NCBI GenBank assembly: GCA_964016885.1
Contig: OZ024751.1
Span: 7,192,001-7,256,000 of the forward strand
Direction of reading: 5' to 3'
Origin: Eledone cirrhosa
Taxonomy: Eukaryota
Length of the DNA stretch: 64,000 nt
Below are positions 57,983 through 64,000 of the stretch, piece after piece (position 1 is the first letter of the stretch; each line of letters begins with the position of its first letter). Under the pieces are notes generated by a model. The model was not told where the DNA came from. It worked only from the letters and a program-made list of their open reading frames with translations, and did no database searches. Made by a program: the position numbers and the translations under genes.

Positions 57983-59048
57983 AGACTCTACTTAAAGAGA
58001 TCTTAAGAGCCAAACAATTAGACTCTACTTAAGGAGATCTGAAGGTGGAAGAGGTCTTATCAGCATAGAGGACTGTGTTCAGATGGAGAAAAACAACCTA
58101 CACAAATACGTAAGGAGCCAATGCTCAGACTGTACTGAAGGAGAGAACAATAGACCAGGGGATGTCCAAGGAGGAAATAACAACAAGGAGAAAGAGCAGC
58201 CTTCATGAAAATCCCTTCATAGTACCTTCTTTGAGAAAACTGAATTCAGAGATCCACAGGCATGGAACTGGTTGAAAAGAGGAGACCTTAAAAAGGCTAC
58301 AGAAGGAATGTTAATGGCTGCGCAAGAGCAGGCCCTCAAAACGAAGTGGTTGAAACACCATATTTACAAGGAGGAGGCTAGCCCACTGTGTAGGATCTGT
58401 GGAGAGAGAGAGGAGACTGTGGCTCACATTGTATCCGAGTCTAAACACCTAGCCCAGACTCACTATAAGGGCTGGAGACATGATGTGATGGGCAGGGTGA
58501 TACACTAGCACCTATGCAAAGTAAACAATTTATCACCTTCTGAGAAGTGGTATGAGCATAAGCCAGAGTCGGTGTTAGAAAACGATCAGGTGAATGTGCT
58601 GTGGGATTTTAGGATACAGACGGACAAGAAACTGGAACACAGTAGACCTGACCTGGTGGTTTTGGACAAAGAAAAAAGATCGTGCCTGATTGTGGATGTG
58701 GCCTTCCCATTCGACACGAGAGTGCAAGAGAAGGAGAGGGAGAAAATTAACCGATACCACGACTTAAAGTGGGAGCTAAAAAGGATTTGGAACTGCCATG
58801 AAGTCAAAGTGATCCCGACTGTCATAGGCGCACTAGGTACTATCTCAAAGAGTTTCCAGGGATGGTTAAAGAAAATTGGTCCCGCCACGCTTTTTGGAAC
58901 GCTTCAAAAGACATGCTTGCTGGGAACAGCAAGTACCCTCCGATACGTCCTGAATATCTGAGGCTGCAGGTAGTGGCTTGATATTCATTTCAACAAACTT
59001 TCCAGTTAACTAACATCAACGACTGAGACTCAAAGAATAATAATAATA
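57983..59048 (+). mobile_element. Second, distinct Dong/R4-family 3' fragment ending in (TAA)n
   Basis: LYLRRSEGGRGL, TEGMLMAAQEQAL, CRICGEREETVAHI, WDFRIQTD..RPDLV..DVAFPFD..EKI.RY; begins directly in the previous element's TAA tail. Confidence 0.88.
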
Positions 59049-59350
59049 CACTATTAATAATTATTAATACACTCGTGCAATGCCTGTGCGTGACGAATAT
59101 TTTTAAAGTGAGAACAGACTGTGCACTGAGCCAATCCCACTCCCTGAGCGACAGTAGCTATAACCCGAAAAGAAGAAAAGATCAACATCATCGGTAACTA
59201 CTGAGCCGCAGGTTTCATGTCGGGGTTAAACCAGTTTCCTGAGATGCCTTCTAGAAGAATGCCCTGACAAGGGCTAGAGGTTCTTTACTCCCAGTGGTTT
59301 AACTGTGCCATGCCGTTGACCGATCGTCATCTTTTTCTTCAACACACTGT

Positions 59351-59505
59351 TTGAGGAACATTCAAAATGTTTCTGGGTGATTACCCTTCATCAGGACTGT
59401 ATAGCTATGCCAGTCTGTTGAACGGTTGAAAATATATAGTACTTTAGTAAGTACACATCGGCTGAGCAGCCTCATTTGCATACTGAGTGAGTTACGGCTG
59501 ATCTT
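59351..59505 (-). repeat. Diverged relative of the 30146-31597 unit with a degraded hammerhead
   Basis: Reverse complement aactcactcagtatgcaaatgaggctgctcagccg matches the array; CTGATGA-a-gggt(aatc)accc-a-GAAA-catt(ttg)aatg-TT, stem I not recoverable. Confidence 0.6.
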
Positions 59506-59682
59506 GCCGAATATTAAAAAAGGGTATTAGAATTGTATTTCTTGCAATAGCATAGCTGATACATAGATGTACGTATGCACACGTAAACACACACACATAC
59601 ACATACACACACAAATATACATAAACACATACACACACATAAATACATATACATATGTACGTATGGGTTATATTGAACATTA

Positions 59683-59872
59683 ATAATAATTCTTTCTACT
59701 TTTGGCACAATGCCAGAATTTATCTCAGTGTATTACTGGTACTTTATTTTATCGACATCGTAAGGATGGAAGGTAAAGCTAACCTGTGCGGGATTTGAAA
59801 TCAGATCATAAATGGCCGTAACTCTTTGCTGCAAGGCATGGCGCCAGACCCTCTACCGATACTGCTGATCCA
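59683..59872 (-). mobile_element. SINE family B
   Basis: Reverse complement of the family B body. Confidence 0.8.
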
Positions 59873-59885
59873 ACGTCCGATGCAA

Positions 59886-59934
<49 letters not shown>

Positions 59935-60072
59935 ATCTCGCAAAACTAATTCATCGCCGTTATATACATATATGTATGTATATGTGTATATATGTATATA
60001 CATATATGTATATATGTGTGTATGTATATATATATGTATATGTGTATATATATATATGTGTATATATGTATG

Positions 60073-60105
<33 letters not shown>

Positions 60106-60227
60106 GTATGAATATATATATATGTATATATATATATACGTATATGTATATATATATGTATATATATATATATACGTATATGTATATATATACGTATATG
60201 TATATATATACGTATATGTATGTATAT

Positions 60228-62587
60228 GTACCCCACAGCATAGGTTAGTTGTTAGTGATATCTCAGTAAGCAAGAGATGGAATGAGACATATAGGAAGGT
60301 GTGGAGAAGAAAGGTCTGGAAGCTAAAAGACCTTTCACTAAAATTCAAATTTAGGAAAGCCCTTCAAGATGTATATGACGAAAAAGAAGACGATTTAGAG
60401 ACGTATGACATAGATAATAACTGGAAGTTCTTACGTGACAACTTGCTGAAGGCTACTGATGAAACCTGTGGCTGGAGCAGAGCTCCAACCAGACAGAGAG
60501 TGACCTGGTGGTGGAACAGCAGTGTAGATAAGGCTATTAGAGACAAAAGACTAGCATGGAAGGCTTGGAATAAGGGTGGGAGTAGGGAAGAATATACAGC
60601 CACTAAGAGAGAAGCTAGACGTCAGGTGTACTTAGCACGCAGGGAGGCAGAGAGTAGGAGGTTTGCCAATGTTCTGCGACGGGAAGATCAGAGGCGTGCG
60701 GTGTTCCACATTGCAAGGCAGTGTGTCAATGCAAATCAGGATGTTGTTGGTGATAAATGTGTCCGGGATGATGCCGGTGTACTTAGTGTCACGAATGATC
60801 AGAAAAAGGAGGCATGGAAATGTCATTATGAGAGACTGATGAATGTGGAGAACGAATGGGAGAGAGAGAAATTACCCTTGGTAGATCCGACAGAGGGACC
60901 AGCTATTGAGATTGACGAATATAGGGTCCAAGAGGCGATTAGGGAAATGAAAAATGGTAAGGCGGCCGGACCATCGGGAATAGTTGCTGAGATGCTGAAG
61001 GCATCAGGGGACGTAGGCACTAAACTGGTTGCACGCATAATCAATCAGGCTATATATGGTGGTGTCATACCCAAAGACTGGTGCAGCAGTATTCTCATAA
61101 ATTGCTACAAAGGTAAAGGGGATGCTTTGGAGAGGAGCAATTATAGGGGTATAAAACTGATAGATCAGGTTATGAAAGTGGCAGAAAGGATTTTAGCACA
61201 ACTAATTAGAGAAAGGGTCAAACTAGATGAGATGCAGTTTGGTTTTGTGCCTGGGAAGAGTACAACAGATGCCCTCTTCTTGGTGAGACAAATGCAAGAG
61301 AGGTTCTTAGAGAAGAATAAGCCACTATACTTAGCCTTTGTTGACCTAGAGAAGGCCTTTGATAGGGTACCCCGATCTGTCATCTGGTGGTCCCTAAGGA
61401 AGCTGGGTGTTGAGGAATGGCTTGTAAGGACAGTGCAAACTTTGTACAGAGGTACTCTCAGTAAAGTTAGGGTAGGAATGGAGTTTAGTGAGGAATTCCA
61501 GATACAAGTAGGAGTACATCAGGGTTCGGTCCTCAGCCCGCTCTTGTTCATTATAGTCCTCCAAGCCATAACAGAGGAGTTTAAGACTGGCTGTCCATGG
61601 GAACTTCTCTATGCTGACGATCTGGCTCTTATGGCAGAATCAGTAGAGGAGCTAGAGAATAAATTCCGGCTATGGAAACAGCAGTTGGAAGCAAGAGGAC
61701 TGAGAGTAAATCTAGCTAAGACAAAAGTGTTGATGAGTAGAAAAGCGGACAAAACCCTGATTCCGTCAGGGAAATGGCCATGTTCGATATGCAGAAAAGG
61801 AACTGGCATAAATTCTATAAAATGCACACAATGTAGGTCATGGGTACACAAGAGATGTAGCGGGATAGCAGGCAAACTAACAGGTAGGGAGAACTATGTA
61901 TGCAGTAGATGTACAGGGAAATTAGACAGTAGAAGTCGCACTGATAGACACATTTTTCAAATGCGAGAGGGCGCTATAGAAGTGGTGGATAGCTTCCGGT
62001 ACCTAGGAGATCAGATTAGCATGGGAGGAGGGTGTTCCGAGGCCATAGTATCTAGAATAAGGACGGGTTGGAAGAAGTTTAGGGAGCTGCTTCCTCTGTT
62101 GACGAAGAAGGGTTTCTCCCTGCGTACGAAAGGCCGGTTGTATGATGCCTGTGTGAGGAGCGCGATGCTGCATGGTAGTGAGACATGGGCAGCTACCGCA
62201 GAAGATATGCGACGGCTGGAGAGAAATGAGGCAAGCATGCTCCGTTGGATGTGCAGTGTAAATGTGCGTGAACGACCCAGCATAAATGTGTTGAGAGAGA
62301 AACTGTGTCTGAGAGGGATAGAATGTAGTGTACGGGAGAGGAGACTGAGGTGGTATGGACATGTGATGCGCATGGAGGATGACCGATGGGTGAAGAAGTG
62401 CCAGGAAATGCCAGTTGAAGGAAGACGTGGTAGAGGTAGACCACGAAAAACATGGGCGGAGGTGGTGAGAACAGACCTCAGATCATTGAAGCTCACGGTG
62501 GAGATGACGAGGGACCGTGACGAGTGGAGAGATGCTGTGCTGAATAAGACCCGTCCCACCCTTGCAAGCAGGGAAAAGCGGACGTAA
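60228..62587 (+). CDS. RTE-clade LINE ORF (end of APE, RT, internal Cys/His-rich finger), 5'-truncated but uninterrupted; (GAT)n tail at 62590-62617
   Basis: [70 protein letters not shown]. The first about 85 codons of the listed ORF (59972-60227) are TA repeat. Confidence 0.88.
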
Positions 62588-62721
62588 AATGATGATGATG
62601 ATGATGATGATGATGATGTATATATATATATATATACGTATATGTATATGTATATCTATATATATATATAGAAAAGATGAACATAAAATGAAAGTGCTTT
62701 TTTTGAAAAGGAATTTATTAG

Positions 62722-62840
62722 GTATTGACATATGTTTCTGTAACAGACGGAATACCTATGTATCGCTGCTTGCGTAATCATAAAAGGTTAGCAAGTATTC
62801 GATAGCAAATGTATAATCAGTTGTCACTTCTTCAGAGATT
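62722..62840 (-). ncRNA. Hammerhead-like motif with long stem II, downstream of the Penelope fragment
   Basis: Reverse complement atct-CTGAAGA-a-gtgaca...tgttac-a-GAAA-catatg-TC; palindromic ACATATGT stem III; stem I weak. Confidence 0.55.
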
Positions 62841-63316
62841 TTGGATAAATTGGATAAGATAAGAAAAATTGAAGTATTTATATTAGTAATAGAGGAAGAA
62901 GGGGATAGTATATGACAGATGGTAATTCAATTTACTGCTAAACAAGTATATAAAGGGTTTCTAATGAGAATACCATGAGTAAATGGTTCATTTCATCTAA
63001 ATAAGAATTTTTGGGAGTGCCAATTTTAATCTCTACTTGACCAATTGGACAGTGGACAGGGCTGGTCATTTGGTGTAGTAGTATTAATTATAAAGTGACA
63101 ATTGGGGAAGGGGGAGATTTCGATTGCTACTGAATAACATACATGCTAGTAGCCAGCTGGTATATGCATTAGGGAATTGAATTAAGAAATCAGAAATCTC
63201 ATTTTATCTATAGCAGGTGATATTAAATGGTAAATAATAGAAGAGTTGATAGAATTAAGACTAATTGAGAATGTTAATATCTATTTTGACAATCAAACGG
63301 AGATAGAGACAGGCGT

Positions 63317-64000
63317 TCAATCCTGGTAGTATTTATAATATGAAAATGTAGATTTTAAGCGATGGTTACAGTATAACGATCGCTCTATTCTGTTATTTAA
63401 TAAAATGTTTTTGGATTTCATAATACAAAATAATTCCACATTACATAATTTACAAAATTCCTGTCCGTTGGAATATGGGGGGGGGGGGGGGGGGGGCATC
63501 CGCTATTATATCCCATTTTAGGTGAAACTGTTGGTTATTTTTACACAGCTGCCAAGCCTTGTCTGCGAGTGTTGTTACATAACGCTGGTTTTCATGTTTT
63601 ATCGAGTAACGATGTCGATAAAGGCGTGATTTGAAGGAGGCGGCTGTAGATCCCACATAGTACCACTTCTGTCTATCCGATTCGATAGTACATTTGTATA
63701 CGATGTTGCGTTCAAGACACTGATTGTTCAACGGACACACTCCTGGTTGGACACAGTTGCAATTATAATTTTGCGTTGTTGTATTGTCATGAATGGGTTG
63801 ATGAGGTTGCTTAGGTAGGACAGGATGTTGTTTGTTGTTTTGTGATGTTATAGCTAATGTTTTACGTGTATTGTTATGTGTTGGAAGGCGTTTATACAAC
63901 CGTTTTGCGTTAAGCTTTTTTATATGTTGTTCAATATTAGGGGCGGTTGAATATGAAAGTCGAATAGTGTTAGGGTTTAAGATTTGATTATATTTATGTG
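63317..64000 (-). pseudogene. Penelope-like GIY-YIG domain, frameshifted at a poly-G run, continuing beyond the window
   Basis: IRLSYSTAPNI, CNCVQPGVCPLNNQCLERNIVYKC..YYVGSTAASFKSRLYRH, CKLCNVE; related to 13498-14590. Confidence 0.85.

Noticed and set aside
59972-60227. N-terminal extension of the 871-aa ORF
   Set aside because: TA-repeat sequence fortuitously in frame with a 5'-truncated RTE ORF.

Overview
AT-rich eukaryotic (metazoan) repeat-dominated DNA. The SINEs resemble octopod/cephalopod tRNA-derived SINEs (recalled, not checked against a database). No host protein-coding gene could be supported. The window is a mosaic of (TA)n/(CA)n/(TAA)n microsatellites and transposons: R4/Dong-type RT+RLE LINEs (one near full-length, two 5'-truncated), a Tx1/L1-type LINE, several RTE-type LINEs, a CRE-like fragment, four Penelope-like (GIY-YIG) elements or fragments, two SINE families, a non-autonomous Helitron and Tc1/mariner MITE remnants. 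The main hidden signal is about 15 type-I hammerhead ribozyme motifs (CTGANGA...GAAA...NUH), plus three half-motifs, from several unrelated sequence families. They occur in Penelope 3' pseudo-LTRs, in four ORF-less fold-back inverted-repeat elements and one 120-bp palindrome, and in 425-475-bp tandem retrozyme-like units with a conserved upstream octamer. Five hammerhead-bearing loci show a non-canonical U.U or A.A opposition at the base of stem II (positions 10.1/11.1). All pairings were read by eye and no activity is demonstrated.
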